Source: Amoebophrya sp. A120 (lineage: Eukaryota; Protista; Dinoflagellata). From it: a DNA stretch of 64,000 nucleotides. The notes beneath the pieces were generated by a model. That model ran no database searches and had not been told where the DNA came from. It saw only the letters and a list, made by a program, of their open reading frames with translations. The position numbers and the translations under genes were made by a program. Below, piece by piece: positions 21,958 through 34,235 of the stretch (positions are counted from its first letter, which is position 1; each line of letters begins with the position of its first letter). Location of the stretch: contig CAJINV010000016.1 of the NCBI GenBank assembly GCA_905178155.1, forward strand, positions 1,269,386 to 1,333,385, read 5' to 3'.

Positions 21958-22968
21958 CTTTATTTGGGAGACGAGTTTTTCTGTGTGAGTGTCAGTCGTG
22001 GTGATCCAACGTGCGTCCTAATACTGATTTCTTTCCAGAACAATAGAAGCAATTGCTTCCTTTGGCTGATAGCACCAGAAAAAAACTTGAAGGACCTGAA
22101 GCCTGCAACTGCTAGAGGTAGTTTTGCTAGTTGTAGCACACGACTTTGTAGATTGAATTATGATCTATCTCAGCAAAAAGTGACCACTATCTTTCAACTA
22201 ATACCGAGCTAAACGAGGAGAATGATCATGATCATTACTGCGATGACGATGCTGCCCGAAATAGATGAAAGAAAGCTATGCTATTCAACACGACAGGGTG
22301 GTCTTGGAGCAAACACTAAGAACAGGTCATTGTGAAAAACTTATGCGTGATTCCCTTTTGTTTTCAACTACAAGGCTCTTTAGTTTCACTACCCACGACC
22401 GCTTTCTAAGTGAGAAAAAAGACGAGTGACGATGACCAAGGGCGATTTCAACGAGGATGGAAAGAACGAAAAGCAGAAGTCTTAACAGAGCAGCTATAGT
22501 GGGGACAAATCAAAATGTGCAAACCCAAACTGAGTGTAAATATACGCTCTAGCAGCTGCATCTTCATCATCTTCCCTACGAAAGGATGAACATCTTGTAT
22601 TTACACCTTCTGCAGCAGTAATCAATCTCCTCCCCTTGGCGCCGCTATTTTTTTTCTTCATGCTATGTCCACAATGATCGTCATTGATATAAAAAAATGC
22701 ATACTTCTTTTCGCTTTCTCTGTTGATGCATTTGCATGGAATAGGTCTTTATGTCGTGTCGTTCAGAAGCAGATGATGCAAAAAAAAAGATTCGGTCGCT
22801 AACGCTATTGAAAAACTCTGTGTTGAAAAAGTCCCAAAGTGAACCCTTCGTAACCGCAGCTCTTCTCTCAGTCGCTTTCTTGGAAAACTGATGATCGTGT
22901 GATCTTTATGACCAAATTTCGACGTGCTTATACCTGCATGCTAGTGAAGTTATTTCTTTACAGTTTCT

Positions 22969-25900
22969 TCACCACTTATACCACCGATTTCCCCAGTCGT
23001 CAGTCTCCATTTCCAACGGTTCATCTAATTTCCACCGCCATGGTAGCGGTTTGAAACCGCTACGCGTTCTCCTATACCTGTTCTGTGCCCCATCAACACA
23101 CGTTTCGGCATGAGCATTGTCCTTTTCAAGGTCATCTACTTCGCCTTGTTCATCTGCGTCGGACTCTTCCAGTAGACTGTTCGCGACCGCAGTATTTCTC
23201 GCCTGTATCGGCAGCCCGTTCAAACTCACACCTAATTCTGAAAGTTCGCAAAGAAACAGCTGGCACTTTGGCTGGTGCTGGACGACGTGGTCGTCTAAGT
23301 GGGTGGTGTCTGTGCTTACCTCGTCGACCCCCACCTCCAGGGCAGCTGCTTGCTGCTCGTGGTGCTCATCTGGTTGATGTTCCTCATCGGAACTGGATTG
23401 ACCACTCGTAGCGTGATTGTTCGTTCCGCCCTCCTCGCCTCCAAGCTCGTCAGTCAAGCTACTCACCCCAGCGGGACTAAGAGCCGGACTAACACTAACT
23501 GCTGATGCACTACTCAGCGCCGGGCTGACAAGCGGCTGAGCTCCGCCTGAATCTGCGGTGGTGGAGCTGGTGGAAATACCCGAGAGGACGCTTCTGCGGC
23601 CTCTTGCGGTGCTGTTTAGCAGCTGCTCCTGGGTGGATGACGATGAGAGCAGAACGCTGCGCGGACAGGAAATCAAAAAATCGAACCTCGCTTTCGCAGG
23701 GCAAGACCTCGAGTTCCAGTGTGCGGGATACCAATACTTCAAAAACCAGCCGGCGAGGATTTTTGCGTCGTGGTCAATTTTTTCGCAAAGCTTAGCATTA
23801 TTGCAGAACATTTCCTCTAACGCCTCCTCCTTGGTAAAACTGTTGCTGTCCGTCATCTCAAAGGAACTCTGGCTGGTCTCCCGAGTAATCGGCATGTACC
23901 GCGTCCGTAGGTCGTAGATGCTTTCCCCGGTTTGTGGGTCCGTTGTCCCGGTATTGAACGCGATGACGCGCACCTCTCCAATCCGATCCGGGATAAACTC
24001 CTGGACGAGACAAGAGGTTCTGGTGTCGAAGTCGTCAACCGTTGCATGGTAGCTCCCGTTATTTTTTCCTCCGGTGCTGTAGTACCCATCGTAGTTGTAC
24101 CCGTAGCCGTAGTCGTTTTGTTTCCCGAAAATTTCCTGCAGTTTCGAAACCAGGTCCTCTTCGTTGTCCCACTTCAGGACGTCCTGACCGCACCAGGAAA
24201 AGGGAAGTTTTACCACGCCAGAAATGACCTTTGTTTTGTTATTTGTCCGTGCTTGTGTCGTGTGTTGGCCGTCGAGCTGCTCGAGAGCGGAATGATTTTC
24301 CGTTGAAGGAATCTTGTTGCGAGGCGAAGGCGATGAACAAGGTGACCAACACGATGTGCCGCGATTGTAGGTGCTGGCACTGGCGGTCGCCCTCGCTGCT
24401 TCCATCAACCGACACTCCTTAATCTGCTCCAAGGCTCTGATTGCGTTTTTCGCAGCCAGTCTTGGGTTCTGGAACACGTCGCAGAAGAAAACCCGGGTCG
24501 TTGCGGGCACTTGGAGGATTTTGTTCTGCAAAAAGGTCGTGGGCGGATGCAGCTGGTGCCCGGTCGTCGGTCCGTTTCTACTTGTTGTTGGCGCAGTTGT
24601 GTTCTTGGCAGATGTTGTTGACACACGAGAGCAGTTGGACGGCGCCTCCACCGCAGTATATTCACTCGGTCCGTAAGAGACTATCCCCTCTAAATACTCC
24701 TTTCCGCACAGCTTCCTATACAGTCGCGCCGGACAAGGCCACCGCGTCGGAATCCCCATGGCCTCAATCTTCTCCACGAAATCGAAAAAGACCGTCTGCT
24801 CGATCATGCCATCCGTTTTCTCGGTTTTTTCGCAGGGCCACAGGAAGTACATCCCGTATCTTTTCGTCGCCTTCTGCATAATGTGCTGCAGAGAGAGCTG
24901 GTCTGCTTGTTGCGTCATTGTAGCTTTTACTTTTAGCATGTTGGACAACGGCCGCGTTGCTGTAGATGAGCCGCCCCCGCCTCGTCTGCTGTTTGCGTAC
25001 TGTTTCAGGGAATACAAGGGAGCCGACGTCGCACCAGCTCCCGAAGACAGCATTGCTCCACTACCACTCGCCCAGTCGCGGTACTTCCACTTACTCGCCG
25101 GATTGCAGTACTGCTTATCCTGTGCAAAAAAATCGCATTCGTACTAATCGCAGATATGCATGACAAATCTCATGCCTAAGCTCAAACAGCATTAGAAACT
25201 CCATTCGTCATGCTGATCTAATTTGTATTGCAGTTACTAGTACTAGTACGATGCTTTTGCATTTGATACTGATCGTAAAATTGCAACAATTCTTCCCCAT
25301 TCCGCACAAACAAACTCCAGACCTCCAACTGCGTCCCAAACAACTCCACCAACCCAGAGTCCTCTATCAGGGACTTGATCGCAAACTCGGAAGTTATGTT
25401 GTAGTCGGATCTCTTCTGATTGGTGTGGTAGTCGTACCAACGCACCATGAGCACGGAGACGGTGGCAGTGCTGGTCGACTTGCGGCTATCTTCTACTTGT
25501 ACTTCTTGTGGTGTGCTAGTGCTGTCAACAGCTTTTTTCTTTGCCTTGCTAAAATCGCGAGGACCAGCATCAATCTCTCCAGTCTCAACCGGCCGGATCA
25601 AATCCAAATCGGTCACGATGTATTCCAAGTTTTGCTCGATCGGACTGTAGGCCCCCACGAATTCGTTTGTCATGGGCTCCTTGTAATCCCCAACCAGTTT
25701 TACCGTGAAGGAGAAATAAGACACGATATTGATGTCGTCATTCTCGATGAAATTTGTTTCCGCTGTCGTGCTACTCTGACGGTCGTCGCGAAGAAAATCT
25801 GCTTGCTCGCCGTAATTCTGATGCTTCTTCACCACAGTCCCCAACACCCACCCCTGCGTCAGCCCGAAAGTGAAAGTGCCTGCGTTCATTTTTGAGCAGG

Positions 25901-26174
25901 ATGCACTGTTCCATTTGGCGTGGCGGGTGGAGCTGTGGGGAAGCTTTACCTTCCGAAACGTGCCGTCGTCGAGGAGGTGGGTGTTGTAGTAAACCTCCAC
26001 GGTGTCACCCACTTCGAAGTTGTAGATGGGTCGTTGGGGAAGCCGCGGTGTATTGTCGTCGTCAAGCTTGTCGCTGAGGCCCACATGACCTTTCTGAAGC
26101 TGGTCCTTCACACTCGCCTCATTCTTCACCGGGCTGAAGGCAGATGCAATGCTGGCGAGGAGGTTTGATGCCAT
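22969..26174 (-). CDS. ATP-grasp-like fold protein (hypothetical)
   Basis: Two ORFs join across introner 25116-25268. Motifs GVVKLPFSWCGQDV, CLVQEFIP, ARFDFL and LCELSELG resemble ATP-grasp enzymes (by eye). Confidence 0.6.
25116..25268. mobile_element. Introner (family F5), 153 bp
   Basis: TIR tatcctgtgcaaaa / ttttgcatttgata; TSD ctgct/ctgat; frame restored. Confidence 0.85.
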
Positions 26175-26888
26175 TTTGATTTTCTAGTTTTTACTTCAGG
26201 TCAGCGTCAGTTTTGATTTCGCTTTCGGAAATAAAACTGAAGCCATGCAGTACGACCACGACCAGAAGATGGAGATGAAGTTTTTACGAATCAATGCTCC
26301 ACCTAGTACCCTTCAACAACTACAACAAAGGTGTCGTGGTGACAACTATCAAGCAGATTACTTTCATTTTCTGCGTCAATTTACCATAGAAGGTCAACAA
26401 CAGATAAAGGACAAAATGCGGATCGCGATTCTTTCCTTTCGCGTGAAAAACCTCATCAAAATTATTTGCAAGATAAGTATATGAAGTGAAAGATGACCAT
26501 GGTGCCAGGTCCAACAAGTAGGTGCCAATCTTTCTCTTCTTGTGTGGATCGAGTGATCGCCCTCTTCTAGTATTAGCGCGAAATACAATTACAAAGAGGT
26601 CGACGTGACCACGCGGCCGCCCATGAGCAACATGAACTTCCGTAGGAAAACGGTGGGCAAGAAGTTGGGACTTCCATCAAGTTCGAACAGCCAAGAGTTC
26701 CGAGAGAAAGAAGATCATCCGCTGTACAAGAATCGGAGCACAGGAAAAAAGCTGCGAGATGCGAAGCATGCGCGTAAGCATAATCAAACTTTCTTTGTGT
26801 CGTGGTTTCCTTGCAGCTTCATCTGTGCTTACACAAGTTATCTCTGGCTTCATCACCTCCGACAGCCTATTTTTGGTGTCTAGGTCGT

Positions 26889-29800
26889 CTACGTCACCAG
26901 TTGCTCGATGTCCAAGTGCTCCAGACTCCTGAGCTCCATCGTAGCCTTTCCCCGCAACCCCACCGACAATTCTACATCCGGAACCATACACACCTTCATG
27001 CCAGCAGCCAGGGCCGCGTCCACCCCGGTTGGAGCGTCCTCGAAGACAAGCACGTTGGCTGGGCTGACTTCCTCTCCCGGTCTTGAGATCATTTTTAACG
27101 CCTTCTGGAAGATTTCGGGCTCGGGCTTTCCCTTGCCATCAAGCTCGTCGCCGCAGATAATGTTGGAACCGAAAATCTGATTGAGTGCGAACGAGACCGT
27201 TGGAGGTTCATCAGAAGAAAGTAAGTTTGCGAGGCGGGAGAGACGATTTTATCTACGTTCATGCAGGTGGTCATCCTGCATCTTCAGCATCTTTAGTACA
27301 CAAAAGACTATACCTCGTCGAAGACCGCGCGCACCTTCGTCGTTTTGATCATCATAAGCGGTCGGCTGCTGGAGGTCGGCTATGAGAGTGCACAAATAAC
27401 GATGAACGACTGCAACGCATTCGCATATTTGATATCATTTCTTGGCAATATAGAGGAGAGCCGGCGCACGGTGCAGATTATAAGCCCGTGCAGTAGTTGT
27501 AAAGTGCGCGCTTTATGCTTGTGAAAGACTTACTCTTACCTTGATGCACTTGCAGAGGGTACTATTGATCTCTGCCACAGCTAATATTGCTGTCCTTTAT
27601 AATTCATGCTTTGGCTTTTGCCTAGCTCAAACTTGTGAATGTGGTCTGGAAAACAAAGGGCGGAAGAAACCCGAAGCGGGCAGTGCGAGAAGTAAGTGGT
27701 TCTTCATCGTCTTCGTTCAACTGTGCTCATCTCGCATACTGCCAACGCGAGTGGTATCTTGAAGCGCTGTAATCTATACAGCAGTTCTTTCGCACCAGGC
27801 AGAAAGTCCGCCTCTTTCATTTTCTCATCCATGAGCTCGCCTATGGAACTGTCAGGATTGAAATCGTCAAAGTTGAAATAGTCTGTCATGCATAAAATGC
27901 AACGCAGGCAAGATCAGGCAAGGGAGGCAGATTGTAAGCCTGTAGTTTCGGGGTAGAAATAGAGCTGCGAAAGTAGCATGACAAAAGGCGTCTTTCTCAT
28001 CTAAACAGCATGACAAACTGGGTCTCGGCTCTACTCAAATTTGTCATACGTCGCTTAAAAATTGGGCTTCATCTTCAAGCTTGTATAGATTTTATGCATA
28101 TACAAGTTATCTCAACTTTGTCGATTTCAACTCTGACGCATCCATATCGCCTCTTTCCTTGATAAACTGTTCCGGCGAGAGCACATCCTCCAAGCCCAAC
28201 TCCCGGACCGCAATTTCGGCCGCGGGTAAAGCTCGTCTGCCGATCATCTTTTCTCGGATCCGGTGCGTGTATTCCTTGTTGTACTTCTCCCGGCACAGCT
28301 GGATCGTGGCTTGTTTGTAGATGTCCTCCGTGTTCTATGCAAGCGTCAGGACCGAAATCAACAAAATCGAAATAATTTGTGATGCATAAAATCAATACCA
28401 GTTGTAGCCTTAGTTTCCAAGTAGTGCATGACAAATTTCGGGAGCAACAAAATCCAGCCTGTCATGCTGTTTTGGCAAAGAAGACTGCTCCTGTCATGCT
28501 ACTTCGACAGCGCATCGTCTTCCTTAAACAGGCTTGCAATCGCTCTCATTTGCCTGCTCCCCAATACAGGCCATATGTGCCCTACATTTTATGCATTGCA
28601 AATTTTTCGACTTTGTCGATTTCGATCCTGACACTCCCATATGTTCAGTAGCAATCCGTCCATGTCGAAAAGCACGTGGGTGATTTTTGTACCAACTGGT
28701 GTAGTCGAAAAGAAACCTCTCACGAGGTTCTCGATCGCCCGGACCGGCAGGCCCCGGATTCCCAGCGTCGGGTCGCCGAAATATTGCTCGTCTAGGGTGG
28801 AAAATTCAATGTCTGTCCCAAGCCCCCCACGACAGATTTCTTCCAAAAGGAACCCGCCGGCGGACTGCAGGATCAGGGGCTGCAGAGTCTTTGCGTCGGT
28901 CAAAGCCAAGAGAGAATTGATTTTCTCGTCTGACAATGGTAATCTGCGCACTCGGCTGATGTCAGACGAATGCAGGGACGTCCAACGGTAGCCGTGCGCC
29001 CTGGACCGGAACAAAAGTGTTGAGTTCTGCTGTTGTTCATGCAGGAACTTCTGGTCTGCCTCTGTCTCGTCCTTCTGGGAAGATGAGGGTGAAGATGAAC
29101 AACCAGGTACATCAATAAAGACCGACACACAGATATCACGAGAAAAAAGTGTTACAGTTACACATTTGTTGGAGTTTCTGCATCACAAATTTTCTCTGTG
29201 TGGCAGGGAAAACTTGTAATGCGAAGATCATAAGGGAAAACAGGAAGGAAACGAGGTTCCCAAGCATTTCCTGCATGAGAAAGGTTGTCTCTGTTGCCAG
29301 TCTTGCATGACAATGTGTAACTGTAACACTTTTTTCTGGCGATAACAGAAGCCATTCACACACTCGATCCAATCGTCCGGGTATTGCTTGTATGCATTGC
29401 AAAAGTATCCTATCGCGGTCGCGCTAGTATAAATTGCATATACAAATTTCCTTAGCATTAGAAATGGAATTTGTCGTGCTGGTTTAGCTTGCAATAGGGC
29501 TCTGTAATGCATGAATGCGACTAATACGAGTGCGATACTTTCGCAGTGCCAGTGCATAGCTTGTAGGACTCCAAAAATTTCCTTGCCTCCGCCAGATCGC
29601 GGGGCTTTTCGCGGATTTCATTACGGAACCGGACCACTTGATCTAGCGTGAGGAGGGCGGTAGGCCGTGTTGCTCCAATTTCTACACCTCCTTCCTCAAT
29701 TTGACTAAACAGGCGAGAAGCCTTGTGGTTGTTGTCCTTATCGGTTGTCAGATCGCGAATGATTTTCTCTGCCTTTGTCCTGGCAAGCTTCTGCGTCAAA

Positions 29801-30039
29801 ATTTCCGGACTGGGGTCGCGGATCGCTTTTTCGTCGATATCGGCCGCGTGAAAAGCGGTGCTGCCGAAAAATTTTTCGAAAAAGGCACGGCGTGAAGAGG
29901 ACGCAGAGCCGAGAATCCAGTGGAAATTGTTCGACAAAAAATTGCTTGGCTGCACATCCTGGCTCTGCTCCGGATTTTTTGCAGCATGTGGTTCGCCAGA
30001 GTGCAGCCATTGCACTGCTCCTGCACTCTGCTTCGCCAT
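26889..30039 (-). CDS. Maf-like nucleotide pyrophosphatase fused to HAD-superfamily phosphatase (HDHD1/PUDP-like)
   Basis: Maf motifs ILGSASSSRR, DIDEK, KAE, DQVV, EKP, SAGGF, GLP. These are followed in the same exon by HAD motif I FDMDGLLLN, then LPGA, GKPEPEIF and LVFEDAPTGV. Four introners; the exon(s) at 27180-27740 are unresolved. Confidence 0.8.
27842..28146. mobile_element. Introner (family F6), 305 bp
   Basis: TIR tatggaactgtcaggattgaaatcgtcaaagttga; TSD tcgcc; frame restored. Confidence 0.9.
28336..28641. mobile_element. Introner (family F6), 306 bp
   Basis: TIR tatgcaagcgtcaggaccgaaatcaacaaaatcgaa; TSD tgttc; frame restored LLN|TEDIY. Confidence 0.9.
29134..29344. mobile_element. 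Introner (F2-related), 211 bp
   Basis: TIR tatcacgagaaaaaagtgttacagttacacatt; TSD acaga; frame restored. Confidence 0.9.
29391..29558. mobile_element. Introner (family F5), 168 bp
   Basis: TIR tatgcattgcaaaagtatc; TSD gcttg; frame restored YK|QYPD. Confidence 0.88.
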
Positions 30040-30874
30040 GTTGTTCTTGATCAATGGTTGATGGGCCTTGAAGATATTGTCACGCGAAAATGAATCGGAT
30101 GAAAAATTACGAGGAAGAGTGATGCTTCAGTTACAGCTAGGTATTTCCATTTCTTTGATGTATCTTCTACGAATGCCGATCACAACAAGCAGCTCCTTGC
30201 TCTGCATGGCAAAGAAAAGTTGCAGCAGTTGCAGCGTTCCATATTTCATCAACGGAGATGTTAGATGAAGAAGATGGATCCACAACTAGAACTACAGGAG
30301 ATCGAACTGTCGAAAGAAGATGCGTTGCTCTTCCATCACACGCCACCTTCATCCTGGCAGAAGATCCTTAACGGAGCAAGCAATATTAGGCCCGAAGCCC
30401 ATTCAACATCCAGCGTGCAGCTCGGAGGACAACATGATCAAGGATTTCTTTCTGAAAGAAATGATCCAGACCAGGATCACGACATCACAACAGAGCACGC
30501 GGCTAGTGCTAGACCTCATTCAACACGAACACCTACAAGCCACGCCCCCCGCCGCCTGTGCTCAGAAAGAACGTCTTTCAAATGCAGGACGAAGGGGCAG
30601 AAATGCAAAACTACGCTCCTCTTGCTGAGGCCACTTCGACAACTGAAGTTGCCGAAGTGTTTTCGAGGGCGGGGGCAAGAGGTTTAGAGCAATTGCTTTC
30701 AACGTGCATATTTCATGTGCATTATGGCTTGTTGTTTGAAAACATTTAGAAGTCGAAACGGGAAAGCGTATTCGGACCGCGGTGTGCCCACTGTACGCGT
30801 TAGAATTATTTCATCGAGGACATCATACACGAGAGTCATTTTTTCGAAACAGCTTAAACCAGCAGTCCTGGTGT

Positions 30875-33288
30875 TTAAGCCAAGAACTTCTCTTTTTCTT
30901 CCTGGAGCCATTGGAAGACGCAGGTCGGTTATCCTCCGCAAAAATCGGAAAAAGCGCCACCGCAAACACCTCTGTAGTCTACTTCAAGGAGCTCAGCAGG
31001 ATGAAAACGCTCTTGCTACTAGTACTTACTTTATATACATAGATGCAAGGATGGGGGGCTCCATGCATGGCACAACAAAAGAACTGAAACAACTCTGGCC
31101 GACGTGTTCGCGGAGGCCACCGTGTGGGTGGTGTAGCTTTTTACGTAGGATATCACCACAAATTTTTCTTCCTCTGCGTTCTTGTCCGGATGAAACCTTA
31201 GCAAACACTTCTTGAAGTAAACTTTCTTCTCCTTCGGATTTTTTATCTGCTTCATTTCCCTCATCAGCTTCTGAATTGCTTGGTTGATTTTCACCTGTGC
31301 GTCGTTCACATCGGACTGCGTCGTCATCGTTATGCAAGACAAATTTGCGACGATGCCTGGGCACGCCCACGCTGGTACAAAAAGAATGACACAATGCTAA
31401 AAAAATGGCACGCGACATGCTGTTGAATGAGCAGGGACATGGAGTCTTCTCATGCATGGTTGTACAGCACGGGGGCATCGATATCAATTTCGCTCGTCGT
31501 GGATAATCGCTTTATTTCCAGGATTTTTGTTGCCGTTCCCTGCGGTTGCGCTCCTCGGCTGCTGGTGCTGGTTTGACGTTGACCTGCCTCCATTTCGGTA
31601 GGAGCCCGTCCTGGTTCCGGCCTTTTGGTCGTTCTTTTGGGACGACGTGTTGGTGTTAGCATCACCATAAGACTGGTCGTCTCCTGCGGCGTCGAACGAG
31701 GATGAATTGTAGTTGTAAGGAAACTTCTGCTGATTTTTTTCTCTCTCTTTTCTTTCCTCCAACTTTCGCTGTCTTTCCATACTCATCTCCTCCTCTATCT
31801 GCTTCTTCGTCTTGATATGCATGGCAAACTTGATACCTTAGCACTCGTCACGGCACATTCGTTGCACAGACTTCAGATTTAGTATTAGTTCTAGACTTAG
31901 TACTCTCATCAACACCAACTGGTACTCCATGTATATATATGAATTTCTTAAATTTCTGACCACGCTACCCTTCGTCGTGTTTTTCGCTTGGCTTGTTGGA
32001 GTGTTTGTTGTGACGCATCCCCGTGAGGGCGGATTCAAGGTTTGCCTATGCATATTTAAACTTCGGCCGTCTTTTTCGTTCCTTCTCGAGAAACTCCTGC
32101 TCCAGCCTTTCCTTTTCCCGCCGTTTTTCTTCCGCTATTTTTTCCTCTTCCTTTTGCTTCTCCTCCAAAAGCTCATAGTTCCGGACCGTCTGGTAATACT
32201 CCTGGTACTCCTCGTGATCGTCATAATACCACGCGTCATTGTTTTCGTCGATGTAGTACGGCTTCATTTCTTCATCCCAGAAGCAGCGGTAGCCGAAGTC
32301 GTCGAACACAAAGGGCTCGCCCTCAAAGTCGTAGTAATAGCCAGTTGGCTATCCAGGAAAAATCACCCACCCCCATCCAATTTATCATGCAAAAAATGCA
32401 TAAACTCCAATGCTTGTCATGCAGAAAATGGATGGAAATGAGTGTTTTTTTCCTGGATATGGGCGTGTGGTAGTAGGCTTTTGCGTTCTCGTCGTACACC
32501 AATTCCTTGAGCATCTGCTGGCTCTCCTGCTGCTGCTTTTCCTTTTCTTTTTCCCCAGCGGCCGGATCAGTTTGTGGAGTACTATCGGCTCCTGCTGTTT
32601 TCGAATCAGATCGAGGCGTGACCTTTGAATTCGTTCTTGGCGTGGTATCGCGACTACGAACTGATCCTGGAGGTTTTTGCTGCGCCTCAGCATTGGAAAC
32701 ATGCCCGGTATTTTTTTGGCTTTCCTTTTCCAGAATTCGCTGCTTCATCCTTTCCTTCTGTTTCGCCCTTGCTGCGAACTGCGCCTCGTACGTGTTTGAA
32801 CCCAAAACACCACCAGCGGCGGACTTCGGTGCGTAATATCGTGTCGCGGTCTGCTGTTGCTTGTTGCGGTAAGAGGTTGGCTGCTGTTTCAGCTCTTCTT
32901 GGGAAACGACCCTTGGCGTGACGTTTTCGGAATCAATGTCGTCGTCAAAGAACCAGTTCTTATTTTCGTGGATGGTATCCAGCGTTTCATCAAAGTAGTG
33001 AAGCAATTCGTCCGCAGCGGCAGTACTGTAATTCGCTGCGGCGCCTCCGTCTGTAGTCGGACTGATTTTGTTTTGTTTCTTCTTCGTCCCTGAAGAAGCA
33101 AATGGTGCGCAACAAATGAGGAGGGTGGTCTGAAAAGAGTCACTTTTTGCTTTTGTTGTATCATCGTCCAATTCGTGCCGGAAAAAGCACGAATCCCCAA
33201 ATTGGCAGCGGCCCTGCTTGAACGCAACACAAATGGGCCGGAGGGTCTGCTTCTCATCGTGCACTGGTTGAGATGATGAGGCGACCAT
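30875..33288 (-). CDS. CCCH zinc-finger protein with C-terminal J-domain-like (HPD) region
   Basis: CVAFKQGRCQFGDSCFFRH at the N-terminus. After removing four introners the C-terminus reads LLRFHPDKN...VTCVFQWLQEEKEKFLA*. Confidence 0.72.
30930..31152. mobile_element. Degenerate introner (F3-like), 223 bp
   Basis: Ends tatcct...aggata; TSD decayed (tcggt/tcacc); removing the element plus 5 bp restores the frame. Confidence 0.65.
31331..31505. mobile_element. Degenerate introner, 175 bp
   Basis: TAT...ATA ends; TSD atcgt/atcgc; frame restored KA|MTTQ. Confidence 0.7.
31816..32054. mobile_element. Degenerate introner, 239 bp
   Basis: TIR tatgcatggcaaactt / aaggtttgcctatgcata; TSD cttga/tttaa; frame restored. 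Confidence 0.72.
32350..32459. mobile_element. Introner (family F7), 110 bp
   Basis: TIR tatccaggaaaaa; TSD ttggc/tgggc; frame restored HTP|TGYY. Confidence 0.88.
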
Positions 33289-34235
33289 AGTTCTTCAGGC
33301 CAAGCCTGTAAGGTTTATCTATGCGCTGGTGGAACGAACAAGTGCCGTGCGGGGCTACAGCGGAAAAATAATGGGATAAATAGAATAGGGTAAGATGATG
33401 ATTACTGAAAAGACCAGCTCCACTTCGGAAGTAGATGACTACGAAACCATCGACAGCACCACGAAGGGGCCGGACAGAAGCATGCACAGGGAATACCAGT
33501 TTGAAGATGTCAAGGTCAAGGAGCGCATGATGACCATGATCATTCTCTTTCTCTATCAAAAAATGTTTACAGTTAGGAGGTCCTGAAAAAACTGTAGTTG
33601 GCAGGGCAAGCTACAAGCTGCTCGTCAACATCTGCACGCTGACAACACGTGCGTCGGCTCATGATGATCGTGGTTGCTGCTCAGCAGGAGTTCGCTTTTC
33701 TCACAACTCACTGAATGTTCCTACTCTCACGCGCTCACACTCAAACTCAAAAGCCGGCTGCTCTAAGAACAGAAGGTTGTGCCGGAACATATGTGACGCT
33801 CACATCAACATCCCAGGCGACTCTGCGAAGAGGAAGACGAGTTGAGCTTACAATTTTTCACCATCGCGCTTGATACATTTCCTTACCGGGTTTTCTAGCT
33901 GTTGACAACTACCAGTGATATTAACAAAGGGCAGACCAGTTTTGGCTGCTGTAGACCACTCGTGTTCTACTTCGCAAATACGCCGTCATCTCGGGAGTAG
34001 TTCATTTGTAGATGAGTACGCTCCTTGAAGTGCCATTCTTTCACTGAAGCTGCTGGCTTGTTCTTCTAGCTACTCCTGTATTGACAACTACCTGGAGCGT
34101 ATAATATCCTCTCCAGAATAGAAAACAAAAATGATATGGTATATTGCGTATCAGAAATTTAGCAAGAAGAGAATAACAGAAATTCTTTGGTTGCGTGATA
34201 TCGTTCTCCCTACCATCCCGGGGCTCATCTTCTAT

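Noticed and set aside
27381-27395. tatgagagtgcacaa matching the F4 TIR start
   Set aside because: No partner TIR or TSD found nearby; at most a relic, so it was not counted as an element.
30265-31215. Plus-strand ORFs (30265-30687, 30715-31215)
   Set aside because: No motifs, opposite to the local gene orientation, and partly overlapping a better-supported minus-strand gene.
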